Source: Solirubrobacteraceae bacterium | GTDB lineage: Bacteria > Actinomycetota > Thermoleophilia > Solirubrobacterales > Solirubrobacteraceae | Direction of reading: 5' to 3' | Assembly (NCBI GenBank): GCA_036520135.1 | Contig: DATDKF010000003.1 | Coordinates: 1-59,764, forward strand | DNA: 59,764 nt | Translations under genes and position numbers: made by a program | In this document: positions 38,147 to 47,106 of the stretch, in pieces | Numbering within the stretch: position 1 is the stretch's first letter | Layout of the letters: every line of letters begins with the position of its first letter | Notes under the pieces: model-generated | The model's input: only the letters and a program-made list of their open reading frames with translations | Databases searched by the model: none | Told to the model about the DNA's origin: nothing

Positions 38147-38653
38147 TTGCCGATGCGGGCGCGGCGCGCGGCGCGAGAGAGTCGGGCCGCTATGCGACGA
38201 CTCCTCCCCATCGCCCTCGGCTTCGCCCTGCTCGTTTTCGCCGCGCCGGCCGGTGCCTCCGGGCAACCCGTCCCCGACCTGCGCTGGCGCGACTGCGACG
38301 GCGGCTTCGAGTGCGCGACCGCCAAGGTCCCGCTCGACTACGACCATCCCTATGGCGCGAAGGTCCGCCTCGCGGTCGTCCGCCACCGGGCGCGCGACGC
38401 CGAGCACCGGATCGGTTCGCCGTTCCTGAACCCGGGCGGCCCGGGCGAGTCGGCCGTGGACTTCGTGCGCACGGCGCCCCCGCCCGCGTTTCAGCTGCTC
38501 ACGGCGATCACGCAGTTCAACCCGTGCATCCTCGGCGCCGTGATCCCGTACCTCGACGAGCTCGCACTGCCGCCGAAGGGCGAGTCGTGCGATCAGGTGG
38601 TCACGGCTCGAGCAGCTCGTCGAGCATCACCCGCAGCTCCTTGGCGGCGTTGA
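38147..38653 (+). pseudogene. Internally deleted alpha/beta hydrolase (secreted tripeptidyl-aminopeptidase-like family) remnant
   Basis: The signal peptide and N-terminal family region (ECATAKVPLDYDHPYGAKVRLAVVRHRA...FLNPGGPGES) run directly into what looks like the family C-terminal tail (NPCILGAVIPYLDELALPPKGESC). The GxSxG catalytic core is absent. The 3' end reads into the antisense of the HisKA ORF. Confidence 0.5.
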
Positions 38654-38789
38654 GGATGCGCTGGGCGTAGTCGCGCCGATTCTCGTCGGAGATCTGCCGG
38701 TCGGAGGCGAGGACCTCGGCGAAGCCGGCGACGATCGTCAGCGGCGCCCGGAGATCGTGCCGGAGCCGCCGGCGCTCGTCGTCGGTCAT
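38601..38789 (-). CDS. Stand-alone HisKA (DHp, H-box) mini-protein of 62 aa, or a truncated histidine kinase
   Basis: MTDDERRRLRHDLRAPLTIVAGFAEVLASDRQISDENRRDYAQRILNAAKELRVMLDELLEP carries the H-box HDLRAPL. There is no sensor or HATPase_c domain. It has an ATGA overlap with the response-regulator stop. Confidence 0.45.
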   Translation of the reverse strand: MTDDERRRLRHDLRAPLTIVAGFAEVLASDRQISDENRRDYAQRILNAAKELRVMLDELLEP

Positions 38790-39442
38790 GGTCCCTCGCC
38801 GGAGATGAAGCCCTCGCGCAGAGCGATCGCCACGGCGTGCACGCGCGTGTGGGCCTCGAGCTTGGCCATCGCGTTGCGGATGTGCGTCTTGACCGTCTCG
38901 CTGGAGAGCACGAGCCGCTCGGCGACGTCCTCGCCGGTCAGGCCCTGGGCGAGCAGGTCCATGATCTCCCGCTCGCGCTTGGAGAGCGCCGGCATGCGCT
39001 GCGTCGTGTCGCGCGAGAGCAGCTTCGGGCGCAGGCGCGGATCGACGTACGTGCCGCCGCTGGCGACGGTCTCCAGCGCACCGGTCAGCTCGCTCGGCGT
39101 ACCTTCCTTCAGCGCGTAGCCGCGCGCGCCGGAGTCCAGCCCGCTGAACAGCAGCTCCACGTCGCTCGACCCGGTGTAGAGGACGACGCGCCGGTCGGCG
39201 TCGGTCTGGAGCAGCTGCCGGGTGAGGTCGATGCCCGACTCGTCGCCCAGCCGGATGTCGATCAGGGAAACATCGGGATCGAGCCGCAGGATCAGCTCGA
39301 GGCCCTCCCCGGCGGTGCCCGCGGTGCCGACGACTTCGCACCCCTCGCGACCGAGCAGCAGCTCCAGGCCTTCCCTCAGGGCCTGGTGGTCTTCGATCAG
39401 GACGAGGCGCATCTGCACGGTGGCGGCGGTATCGGCACTCAT
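38786..39442 (-). CDS. NarL/LuxR-type response regulator
   Basis: The receiver domain (MRLVLIEDH..., SLIDIRLGDESG) is followed by the HTH LSKREREIMDLLAQGLTGEDVAERLVLSSETVKTHIRNAMAKL. The start is ATG 39442 or ATG 39412. The rest of track ORF 38786..41350 is antisense junk. Confidence 0.9.
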   Translation of the reverse strand: MSADTAATVQMRLVLIEDHQALREGLELLLGREGCEVVGTAGTAGEGLELILRLDPDVSLIDIRLGDESGIDLTRQLLQTDADRRVVLYTGSSDVELLFSGLDSGARGYALKEGTPSELTGALETVASGGTYVDPRLRPKLLSRDTTQRMPALSKREREIMDLLAQGLTGEDVAERLVLSSETVKTHIRNAMAKLEAHTRVHAVAIALREGFISGEGP

Positions 39443-39541
39443 TCGAAGTTCGACAAAACGGTCCAAACTCCGCGCTAACTCCGGCGCATCACAGGGTAGG
39501 CGGATCGGCGTTCGCGGGCCACGTCTAAGGTTGGAGGGGCC

Positions 39542-41572
39542 TTGGCGAAGGACACGGAAAAGCTGATCAGGCAGCTCTCGCTGATCTCCTATCTGATGGC
39601 GGAGCGCCGGCCGGTCACGGCGACGGAGATCCGGCGCGACGTCGAGGGCTACTCGGACATGACCGAGGACGCCTTCGCGCGCCGCTTCTACGCCGACCGC
39701 GCCGAGCTCGATGCGCTCGGGATCCACCTCAGCGTCGACAAGCCGGCCGACGGCTTCTCCGAGCAGGAGAACTACTCGCTCGCCCCCGAGGCGTTCCACC
39801 TGCCGGCGATCGAGTTCACCGACGACGAGCGGGCCGCGCTGCAGACCGCGCTCACGCTGCTCGATGGCGAGTTCGCGTACGCCGAGCCGCTGCGGCTCGC
39901 GCTCCAGCAGATCACCTGGGGCCGCCCGAGCCCGCTCGCCGGCGGCCTGCGCCAGACGATCGGCCTCGGCATCACCGCGTCGGCCGGCGGCGCCGAGCTC
40001 TCGTCCCGGCTGGCGAAGATCGACACCGCGATCTACCGCCGCAAGCGGATCGAGTTCGAGTACTACACGATGCAGTCCGACGAGATGAAGGCGCGCGTCG
40101 TCGACCCCTACCACCTGCTGTTCGAGGGCGGGCAGTTCTATCTCGTCGGTCACTCGCACGACGCCGACCCGCCCGGAGCGCGCGTGTTCCGGCTCTCGCG
40201 CATCCGTGGCAAGGTCGCCTATGCGACCAAGGCCGAGCACGACTTCCAGCGGCCGGCCGACTTCGACCCGCGCAAGTACTCCGGGCGGATCCCGTGGCAG
40301 CTCGGTCAGGAGGTCGGAACCGGCGAGATCTGGGTCTCCGACGACGTCTCGTGGTACGTCGAGCGCCAGTTCGGCGCCTACGGCGAGCTGAGCGGGAGCA
40401 CGTTCCGCACCGGCTACGCCAATCCGCGGCTGCTGATCTCGTGGGTGCTCGGTATGCGCGAGCACGCGCGCGTCGAAGGGCCGCCGGAGCTGGCGGACGA
40501 AGCGCGCGAGCGGCTGGACCTGATCATCGACCGGCATCGCGGGGACCCGTCGATCGCCGCGCGCGTTCCCCCGCGCGCCGCGCCCGAGGCCGAGGGCAAC
40601 GGCCGCGGGCGCGGCACCGAGGGCACGATCCGACCGGAGCGCTTCGCCCGGCTCGTGACGCTCGCGTCGGTGCTGATCGCCGCCGGCCGCGCGAACCGGC
40701 GCCTGCCGATCGACGAGGTGTGCGAGCAGCTGAAGATGTCGCCGCAGGAGCTGCGCGAGGACATCGCGGTGCTCAACGTCGTCAACTTCGGCGGGGGCGC
40801 CTACGTGATCTACGCCGAGGTGCTCCCGTCCGGCGAGATCGAGGTCGACCCCGAGCCGTACTCGGACACGTTCGACCGGCCCGCCCGGCTGCTCCCGATC
40901 GAAGCCAAGGCGCTCGTCGCCGCGATCGACCTGCTCAACCTCGCGCAGCCCGAGCTCGGGTCTGCGCGCGAGAAGGTCGTCGCCGCGCTCGGCCACGACC
41001 CCGTCGAGGAGGGCCTGCAGATCACGACGCCGACGGTGGCCGACGAGGTCGCCCACACGGTCGAGCGGGCCGTGCACGACAGCGCGCTGCTCGAGCTCGA
41101 GTACTGGTCCGCCGAGCAGCGCTTCTCCAGGCGGCGGGTGGAGCCGTACGCGCTGTTCAACGGCATCGAGGCCTGGTACGTGGCGGCGTACGACCTCGAG
41201 AACGACCGGCTGCAGCACTTCCGGCTCGACCGCATCAAGAGCGCCACGGCGCTCGACGAGCGGTTCGAGCGGCGCGCGGGGCTGAACCCGATCGCTGACA
41301 TCGGCGGCTGGCCGCGAACCGGCACGATCGAGGGCTCGCGCGTCGCGCACGTGTGGATCTCGCCCGCGCAGGCGCGCTGGGCGCGCGAGAAGCGCGCGGT
41401 GGTCGCCGAGCTCGAGGACGGCGCGGTCGTCGTCGAGTACCCGTTCAACGGCATCGACTTCCTCGTCAAGGAAGTCCTCAAGGAGGCGGGCGACGCGGCG
41501 GTGATCGAGCCCGCCGACGCGCGCGAGGCGGTGCTGGCCGCCGCGGAGCGCCTGCTCGCCCCCAGCCGGTGA
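39542..41572 (+). CDS. Fused PafB-PafC-like regulator (two tandem HTH-WYL-WCX modules in one 676-aa polypeptide)
   Basis: The TTG start has a GGAGGGG Shine-Dalgarno sequence 5 nt upstream. Module 1 has the HTH LIRQLSLISYLMAERRPVTATEI and the WYL-like RIEFEYYT...GQFYLVGH...RVFRLSRI. Module 2 has ARLVTLASVLIAAG... and LELEYWSA...EAWYVAAY...QHFRLDRI. Confidence 0.85.
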   Translation: MAKDTEKLIRQLSLISYLMAERRPVTATEIRRDVEGYSDMTEDAFARRFYADRAELDALGIHLSVDKPADGFSEQENYSLAPEAFHLPAIEFTDDERAALQTALTLLDGEFAYAEPLRLALQQITWGRPSPLAGGLRQTIGLGITASAGGAELSSRLAKIDTAIYRRKRIEFEYYTMQSDEMKARVVDPYHLLFEGGQFYLVGHSHDADPPGARVFRLSRIRGKVAYATKAEHDFQRPADFDPRKYSGRIPWQLGQEVGTGEIWVSDDVSWYVERQFGAYGELSGSTFRTGYANPRLLISWVLGMREHARVEGPPELADEARERLDLIIDRHRGDPSIAARVPPRAAPEAEGNGRGRGTEGTIRPERFARLVTLASVLIAAGRANRRLPIDEVCEQLKMSPQELREDIAVLNVVNFGGGAYVIYAEVLPSGEIEVDPEPYSDTFDRPARLLPIEAKALVAAIDLLNLAQPELGSAREKVVAALGHDPVEEGLQITTPTVADEVAHTVERAVHDSALLELEYWSAEQRFSRRRVEPYALFNGIEAWYVAAYDLENDRLQHFRLDRIKSATALDERFERRAGLNPIADIGGWPRTGTIEGSRVAHVWISPAQARWAREKRAVVAELEDGAVVVEYPFNGIDFLVKEVLKEAGDAAVIEPADAREAVLAAAERLLAPSR

Positions 41573-41589
41573 GACGGGCGGAGATCGCG

Positions 41590-42045
41590 ATGGCGGCCGA
41601 CGAGGTCGCCGCGTTCCTGGCCGAGCAGCGCACCGTCACCTGCGCCACGCTCGGGCGCGACGGCTGGCCGCACCTGATGCCGCTGTGGTACGTCGTGCGC
41701 GCTACCCAACCGACTTCGTCGGCGGGCACAGGCGGCGAGCTGTGGTCGTGGACGTACGCGAAGTCGCAGAAGGTGCGCAACCTCGAGCGCGACCCGCGCT
41801 GCACGCTGCAGGTCGAGGCCGGCAGCGCCTACAACGAGCTGCGCGGCGTGATGCTCAAGGCCGAGTGCGTGCTGCACCGGGACTTCGCGACCGTCGCCGC
41901 GCTCGGCGAGGAGATCGCCGTCCGCTACGGCGGCGCCGCGCTCGACGACGGCGCGCGCGCCTACGTGCGCCGCCAGGCGGCCAAGCGCGTCGCGCTCCAG
42001 TTCCGGCCGCGCCAACGCGCGACCTGGGACCACCGCAAGCTCTAA
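41590..42045 (+). CDS. Pyridoxamine 5'-phosphate oxidase-family (PPOX/F420-binding split-barrel) protein
   Basis: MAADEVAAFLAEQRTVTCATLGRDGWPHLMPLWY is a typical N-terminus. The alternative start GTG 41569 would form a GTGA overlap with the PafBC-like stop. Confidence 0.8.
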   Translation: MAADEVAAFLAEQRTVTCATLGRDGWPHLMPLWYVVRATQPTSSAGTGGELWSWTYAKSQKVRNLERDPRCTLQVEAGSAYNELRGVMLKAECVLHRDFATVAALGEEIAVRYGGAALDDGARAYVRRQAAKRVALQFRPRQRATWDHRKL

Positions 42046-44234
42046 CGCTCGTCGAGCACTCGCTCGAACGCGGCGACGACGAACGGGTCGAACTGCGTGC
42101 CGGCGCCGCGCCGCAGCTCGGCGCGCGCCTCGCCCGCGCCGAGCGCCTTCCGGTATGGGCGGTCGGCGGTCATCGCCTCGTAAGCGTCGGCGACCGCGAG
42201 GATGCGGCCCTCGAGCGGGATCGCGTCGCCCCCCAGCGAGCGCGGGTAGCCGCCGCCGTCGAGCCGCTCGTGGTGGGAGAGGACCCAGCTCGCGACGTCG
42301 CGCAGGTTGGCGTGCTCGAGGATGCGCGCGCCGAGCTCCGGGTGGCGCATGATCTCCTCCCACTCATGGCGCTCGAGCTTGCCGGGCTTGAGCAGCACCG
42401 CGTCGGAGATCCCGAGCTTGCCGATGTCGTGCAGCACGCCGGCGACCCGCACGCGCTCGACCTGGTCGGGCGCGAGCCCGAGCTCGTGGGCGATCCGCTC
42501 GGCGTAGCGGCCGACGGTCTCCGAGTGGCGGGCGGTCGCGACGTCGCGCAGGTCGAGCGTCTCGGCGAGCAGCATCGCGGCGGCGAGCTGTTCGCCGGCG
42601 CGGTCGTCGGCCAGCGCGTCGAGCATCGCGAGCGTCTCCGCATGGTGGACGACGCAGCGGTCGCGGCCGAGCCGCTTGGCGGCGTAGAGCGCGCGGTTGG
42701 CAGCGCGCACGAGCGCCTCGGGATCCTCGTCGCGCGTGCCGTCGGCGATGCCGACCGACACCGAGATCGGGACCGGGAAGTCGCGGAACGTCGCGGCGAC
42801 CTCGCGGCGCAGGCGCTCGGCCACGGCCAGCGCCTCGCGCTCGCCGACGCCCGAGAGCACGAGCGCGAACTCCTCGCCGCCGAGCCGGACGGCGACGTCG
42901 TCCTCGCGTGTGCAGTCCCGCAGCAGATCCGAGAAGCGCCGGAGCACGTCGTCGCCGACCGGGTGGCCGAGCGTGTCGTTGACGCGCTTGAAGTGGTCGA
43001 GGTCGCAGATCACCAGCGCGAGCGGGGCGCGGCGCTCCCGCAGGCCGTCCTCGAAGCCGCGGCGATTGCGCAGCCCGGTCAGCGGGTCGAGCTCGGCCAG
43101 CTCGCGCAGGCGCTCGAGCTGGCGGGCGGACTCGATCGCGCCGACCGCGTGGTTGGCGAACGCGCGCAGCGCGCGCAGGCCATCGACGCCGGGGAGCAGC
43201 CGGTCGACCGGGTCGTCGGCCCACAGGAAGCCGAGCAACGCGCCGTCGCGGTTGCGCAGCGGCACCATCAGCCAGTGGTGGTTCCAGGCTCGCGGGCCGC
43301 GGCCGTTGTGGTGCGACGCGTAGACGGTCGGGATGCCGAGCTCGGACGCCATCGCATTCGCGGTCGGGCTGTCGATCAGCACGCAGCCCTCCTGCTCGTA
43401 CTCGGGCGCCATCATCGCGTCAACGGCGGGGGCGGGGAACGGCCCGATGCCGTCGAAGTCGTCGAAGCCGACGCCGGCGGACAGGACGAGCTGCCCGTCG
43501 CCCGCCTCGAGGAACACGGCGGCCTTCTCGAAGCCGAGCGCGTCGCGGATGCCCTCGCAGACGGCCGCGAGCATCTCCGCGCGCGAGCTGCTCGTCGTCA
43601 GCTCGGAGGACACGCGCAGCAGGTGCTCGACCGCGGCGCGGTGGCGGGCGGCCTCGGCGGCGAGCTGGCCGTGCTCGATCACGCCGGCGGCGATCGCCGC
43701 GACGGCGGACACGACCTCGAGCGCGCTGTCGGCGGGGCGGCGGCCGTCTACCGGGTCGTCGAGCGAGAGGAAGGCGAGGGGGCGGCCGTCGGACGCGGTG
43801 AGCGGCACGAGCAGCGCGTCGTCGGGATGCCAGGCGTCGGGCCCGACGGGCCCGGCGGTGCCGGGCACCCAGGTCATGCCGGTGCTGGCGAAGTCGAACT
43901 GGTCGTGCGGGACCAGGTAGGTGTCGTAGCGGCGGAAGCGCTCGTCGAGCAGCCGCGCGAGCTGCACGGGGTCGACGTGCTCGCCCATCAGCGTCTCCCG
44001 CGCCGCGGCGTCGTCGCCCTCGACCACCACGACCTCGTAGTCGTCCCAGGCCGGGCGGTAGACGTTGACGACCACGGCCAGAAAGCCCAGCGCCTGGGCG
44101 ATCGTGGTCGCGATCTCCTCGAACAGGCCCTGCAGATCGTCGCGCGAGCGGACGACCGCGGCCACGTCCAGCAGGGCGCGCAGGCTGGAGAGCGTGCCGG
44201 CCTCTCCGGCCGGGGTGATTGGGGGTGCCGTCAC
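42042..44234 (-). CDS. GAF-GAF-GGDEF-HD-GYP multidomain c-di-GMP signalling protein
   Basis: 730 aa with the GGDEF motif RLGGEEFAL preceded by DPLTGLRNRR. The HD-GYP motifs are HDIGKLGI and HHERLDGGGYP. Confidence 0.92.
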   Translation of the reverse strand: MTAPPITPAGEAGTLSSLRALLDVAAVVRSRDDLQGLFEEIATTIAQALGFLAVVVNVYRPAWDDYEVVVVEGDDAAARETLMGEHVDPVQLARLLDERFRRYDTYLVPHDQFDFASTGMTWVPGTAGPVGPDAWHPDDALLVPLTASDGRPLAFLSLDDPVDGRRPADSALEVVSAVAAIAAGVIEHGQLAAEAARHRAAVEHLLRVSSELTTSSSRAEMLAAVCEGIRDALGFEKAAVFLEAGDGQLVLSAGVGFDDFDGIGPFPAPAVDAMMAPEYEQEGCVLIDSPTANAMASELGIPTVYASHHNGRGPRAWNHHWLMVPLRNRDGALLGFLWADDPVDRLLPGVDGLRALRAFANHAVGAIESARQLERLRELAELDPLTGLRNRRGFEDGLRERRAPLALVICDLDHFKRVNDTLGHPVGDDVLRRFSDLLRDCTREDDVAVRLGGEEFALVLSGVGEREALAVAERLRREVAATFRDFPVPISVSVGIADGTRDEDPEALVRAANRALYAAKRLGRDRCVVHHAETLAMLDALADDRAGEQLAAAMLLAETLDLRDVATARHSETVGRYAERIAHELGLAPDQVERVRVAGVLHDIGKLGISDAVLLKPGKLERHEWEEIMRHPELGARILEHANLRDVASWVLSHHERLDGGGYPRSLGGDAIPLEGRILAVADAYEAMTADRPYRKALGAGEARAELRRGAGTQFDPFVVAAFERVLDER

Positions 44235-44284
44235 CTCGGGACATTCATCGGCGCGGAGAGCCGATTCCTCTAGGCTGGGCCGCC

Positions 44285-45364
44285 ATGCAGGAGCTCAAGG
44301 GGCTGATCCTGTCCGGCGGGAAGGGCACGCGGCTGCGCCCGATCACCTTCACCTCGGCCAAGCAGCTCGTGCCGGTCGCGAACAAGCCCGTGCTCTTCTA
44401 CGGCATCGAGTCGATGGCCGCCGCGGGCATCCGCGACGTCGGGATCATCATCGCTCCGGAGACCGGCGACGAGATCCGTGCGGCCGCCGGCGACGGCTCC
44501 CAGTTCGGGGTCTCGATCACCTACATCGTGCAGGACGAGCCGGCCGGGCTCGCCCACGCCGTCCTCACCGCCGAGCCGTTTCTCGGCGACTCGCCGTTCG
44601 TCATGTACCTCGGCGACAACCTGCTGCAGGGCGGGATGGAGGAGCTGGTCCAGCAGTTCCGCGAGCACGCGCCCGAGGCCCTGATCCTGCTGACGCCGGT
44701 GCCGGACCCGCAGAACTTCGGCGTTGCCGAGCTCGGCGACCAAGGCCACGTCGTGCGCCTGGTGGAGAAGCCGCCCGAGCCCGCGACCGACCTCGCGCTG
44801 GTCGGCGTGTACATGTTCACGCCGCTGATTCACGAGGCCGCGCGCGCGATCAAGCCGTCGGGCCGCGGCGAGCTCGAGATCACCGACGCGATCCAGTGGC
44901 TGGTCGACGGCGGCAAGCGCGTCGAGCCGCACATCGTCCGCGGCTGGTGGAAGGACACCGGGCGCCTCGACGACATGCTCGAGGCCAACCGGCTGATCCT
45001 CGACACCGTCGTGCGGCGGATCGACTGCGACATCATCACGGACACCCAGATCGAGGGCCGCGTAGTCGTCGAGGCCGGCGCCACGCTCGAGCGGGCGATC
45101 ATCCGCGGGCCGGCGATCATCGGCGCGGGCGCCGTGGTCCGCGACGCCTACATCGGCCCATACACCGCGGTCGGCCGCCACTGCGTGATCGAGCGCGCCG
45201 AGATCGAGCACTCGATCCTGCTCGAGGGCTCGTCCGTCCGGGGGTTGGACGGGCGCATGGAGTCGTCGCTGCTCGGCCGCGACGTCGCGATCTCGCGGGG
45301 TGACCGGCAGCCGCGGGCCTACCGGTTCATGGTCGGCGACAAGTCAGAGATCGGGATTCTGTAG
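44285..45364 (+). CDS. rmlA: Glucose-1-phosphate thymidylyltransferase (long form with left-handed beta-helix C-terminus)
   Basis: Starts at the internal ATG 44285, with LILSGGKGTRLRPITFTSAKQL. The C-terminal half has a hexapeptide-repeat-like pattern. Confidence 0.9.
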   Translation: MQELKGLILSGGKGTRLRPITFTSAKQLVPVANKPVLFYGIESMAAAGIRDVGIIIAPETGDEIRAAAGDGSQFGVSITYIVQDEPAGLAHAVLTAEPFLGDSPFVMYLGDNLLQGGMEELVQQFREHAPEALILLTPVPDPQNFGVAELGDQGHVVRLVEKPPEPATDLALVGVYMFTPLIHEAARAIKPSGRGELEITDAIQWLVDGGKRVEPHIVRGWWKDTGRLDDMLEANRLILDTVVRRIDCDIITDTQIEGRVVVEAGATLERAIIRGPAIIGAGAVVRDAYIGPYTAVGRHCVIERAEIEHSILLEGSSVRGLDGRMESSLLGRDVAISRGDRQPRAYRFMVGDKSEIGIL

Positions 45365-45943
45365 CACCGCGGCCACGTCGGCGAAAACGAGGTCTGCATC
45401 AAGCTCGGCCCCGTCGTGCGTCGTGGTGACCGCCCACACGGTCATCCCCGCCGCCCGCGCCGCCGCGACGCCCGCCGGCGCGTCCTCGATCACCAGGCAC
45501 GCCTCGGGCCGCACCGCGAGCGCGGCCGCGGCGGCCAGGTAGGGGTCCGGGTGGGGCTTGCCGCGCGCCGTCAGATCGGACGTGATGAGCACCGCCGGCG
45601 GCGCCAGCCCCGCGGCCGCGAACCGCGCCGCGGCCAGCGGCGGGCTGCACGAGGTCACGACCGCGAGCGGGGACACCGAGGCGAGCAGCTCGGCCGCGCC
45701 CGGCAGCGCGCTCCCGCCGGTCTGCGCGTGCAGCGCGTCGACGCGCGCGGACTCCGCGACGGCGTCGAGGTGCGGCGCCACCCGCTCGATGACCTGCACG
45801 CCGGGCACGCCGTGCGACGCCGGCCCGACGTCGTCGGGATCGAGCCCCTGCTCGACCGCCCACTCGCGCCAGACGCGCTCGACCTCGGCGCCACTGTCGA
45901 CGAGCACGCCGTCGAGGTCCGACAGGACCGCCGCGAAGCTCAT
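45344..45943 (-). CDS. HAD-superfamily hydrolase (beta-phosphoglucomutase-like subfamily)
   Basis: Starts at the internal ATG 45943, with LSDLDGVLVDS (DxD), VVTS, KPHPDPY and EDAPAGV. It has an ATGA overlap with the upstream MFS stop. Confidence 0.85.
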   Translation of the reverse strand: MSFAAVLSDLDGVLVDSGAEVERVWREWAVEQGLDPDDVGPASHGVPGVQVIERVAPHLDAVAESARVDALHAQTGGSALPGAAELLASVSPLAVVTSCSPPLAAARFAAAGLAPPAVLITSDLTARGKPHPDPYLAAAAALAVRPEACLVIEDAPAGVAAARAAGMTVWAVTTTHDGAELDADLVFADVAAVLQNPDL

Positions 45944-47106
45944 CTCGCCCCGGCAGGCGACGGGCGCGACGCGGCGCGGCGGCCCGCCTCCTCGGCGTCG
46001 GCCGCGCGCCCGCCGAGCAGCGTGACCGCGAGGCCGGACACGCAGAGGACGCCGAGCGCGGCGGGCAGGGAGATCGCGTCGGCGAGCACGCCGATCAGCG
46101 GCGGCCCGACGATGAAGCCCGTGTAGCCGACCGTGAACACCGCCGCCAGCGACGGCCCGGACGGCGGGACCCGGCCGGCTGCGCTGAACAGCAGCGGCAC
46201 GGCGTTGGCGATCCCGACGCCGATCAGCGCGAACCCGATCACCGCGACGACCGGCTCGCCGATCAGCAGCACGCTCGCCAGCGCCACGGTCACCAGCGCC
46301 ATCCCGCCGGACAGCAGCCGGCCCGCACCCCAGCGGCGGTTGAGCTCGTCGCCGGTGATCCGCGCCAGCGCCATGCCGAGCGAGAAGCCGGCGAAGCCGG
46401 TGGCGGCGGCCGACCCGCTCGCGCCGAGATCGTTCTTGAGGTAGATCCCGCTCCAGTCGCCCATCGCGCCCTCGGTGACCATCACGAGGAAACAGAGGGC
46501 GCCGATCAGCAGCACGCCGCGCGAGGGGAGCGCGAAGCCGCCCGACCCGTCCTCGGAGTGCGCCGACGCCGACCCCAGCCGCGCCGTGATCGCCAGCGCC
46601 ATCAGCCACAACACGCCGGAGGCGACCACGCCCTCCGCCCGCGGGTCGACGCCCAGGGCGATCGCCAGCGCCACGCCGCCGGACCCGGCGAGGCCGCCGA
46701 AGCTCCAACCGGCGTGCAGCGACGACATGATCGGCTTGCCGATCGTCCGCTCGACCGCGACGCCGTGCGCGTTCATCGCCACGTCCATCGCGCCGTTGGC
46801 CGCCCCGAACGCGACGAGCGCGAGCCCGAGCAGGACGGGCGAGGGCGCGAACAGCGGCAGCGCCAGCAGCGGCAGGTACACGAGCGCGGCCGTGCGCGTG
46901 ACGAGCGCGCTCGAGCGCCGGTCGAGGATCTGCCCGGTCAGCGGCATCGCGATCATCGCGCCGGTCGCCATGCACAGGAGCGCGAGGCCGATGGTCGCCT
47001 TCGAGACGTCGAGCCGGTCCTGCACGAACGCGATCTGCGCGACCCAGGTGCCGATCATGGCGCCGTTCAGGAAGAACGCGCCGAACGTGGCCCAGCGCGG
47101 CGTCAC
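45940..47106 (-). CDS. MFS transporter
   Basis: Starts at the internal GTG 47106, in a GTGA overlap with the DeoR stop. 388 aa with about 12 hydrophobic segments. Confidence 0.85.
   Translation of the reverse strand: MTPRWATFGAFFLNGAMIGTWVAQIAFVQDRLDVSKATIGLALLCMATGAMIAMPLTGQILDRRSSALVTRTAALVYLPLLALPLFAPSPVLLGLALVAFGAANGAMDVAMNAHGVAVERTIGKPIMSSLHAGWSFGGLAGSGGVALAIALGVDPRAEGVVASGVLWLMALAITARLGSASAHSEDGSGGFALPSRGVLLIGALCFLVMVTEGAMGDWSGIYLKNDLGASGSAAATGFAGFSLGMALARITGDELNRRWGAGRLLSGGMALVTVALASVLLIGEPVVAVIGFALIGVGIANAVPLLFSAAGRVPPSGPSLAAVFTVGYTGFIVGPPLIGVLADAISLPAALGVLCVSGLAVTLLGGRAADAEEAGRRAASRPSPAGAR

Noticed and set aside
39443-41350. Upstream 636 codons of track ORF 38786..41350 (minus strand), which would make an 854-aa response-regulator fusion
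   Set aside because: Only the last 218 aa have receiver and LuxR-HTH character. The rest is antisense to the well-supported PafBC-like gene and is low complexity.
41685-44273. 862-aa plus-strand ORF opposite the GAF-GGDEF-HD-GYP gene
   Set aside because: It is antisense to a gene with unmistakable GGEEF and HD-GYP motifs and has a junk-like composition.
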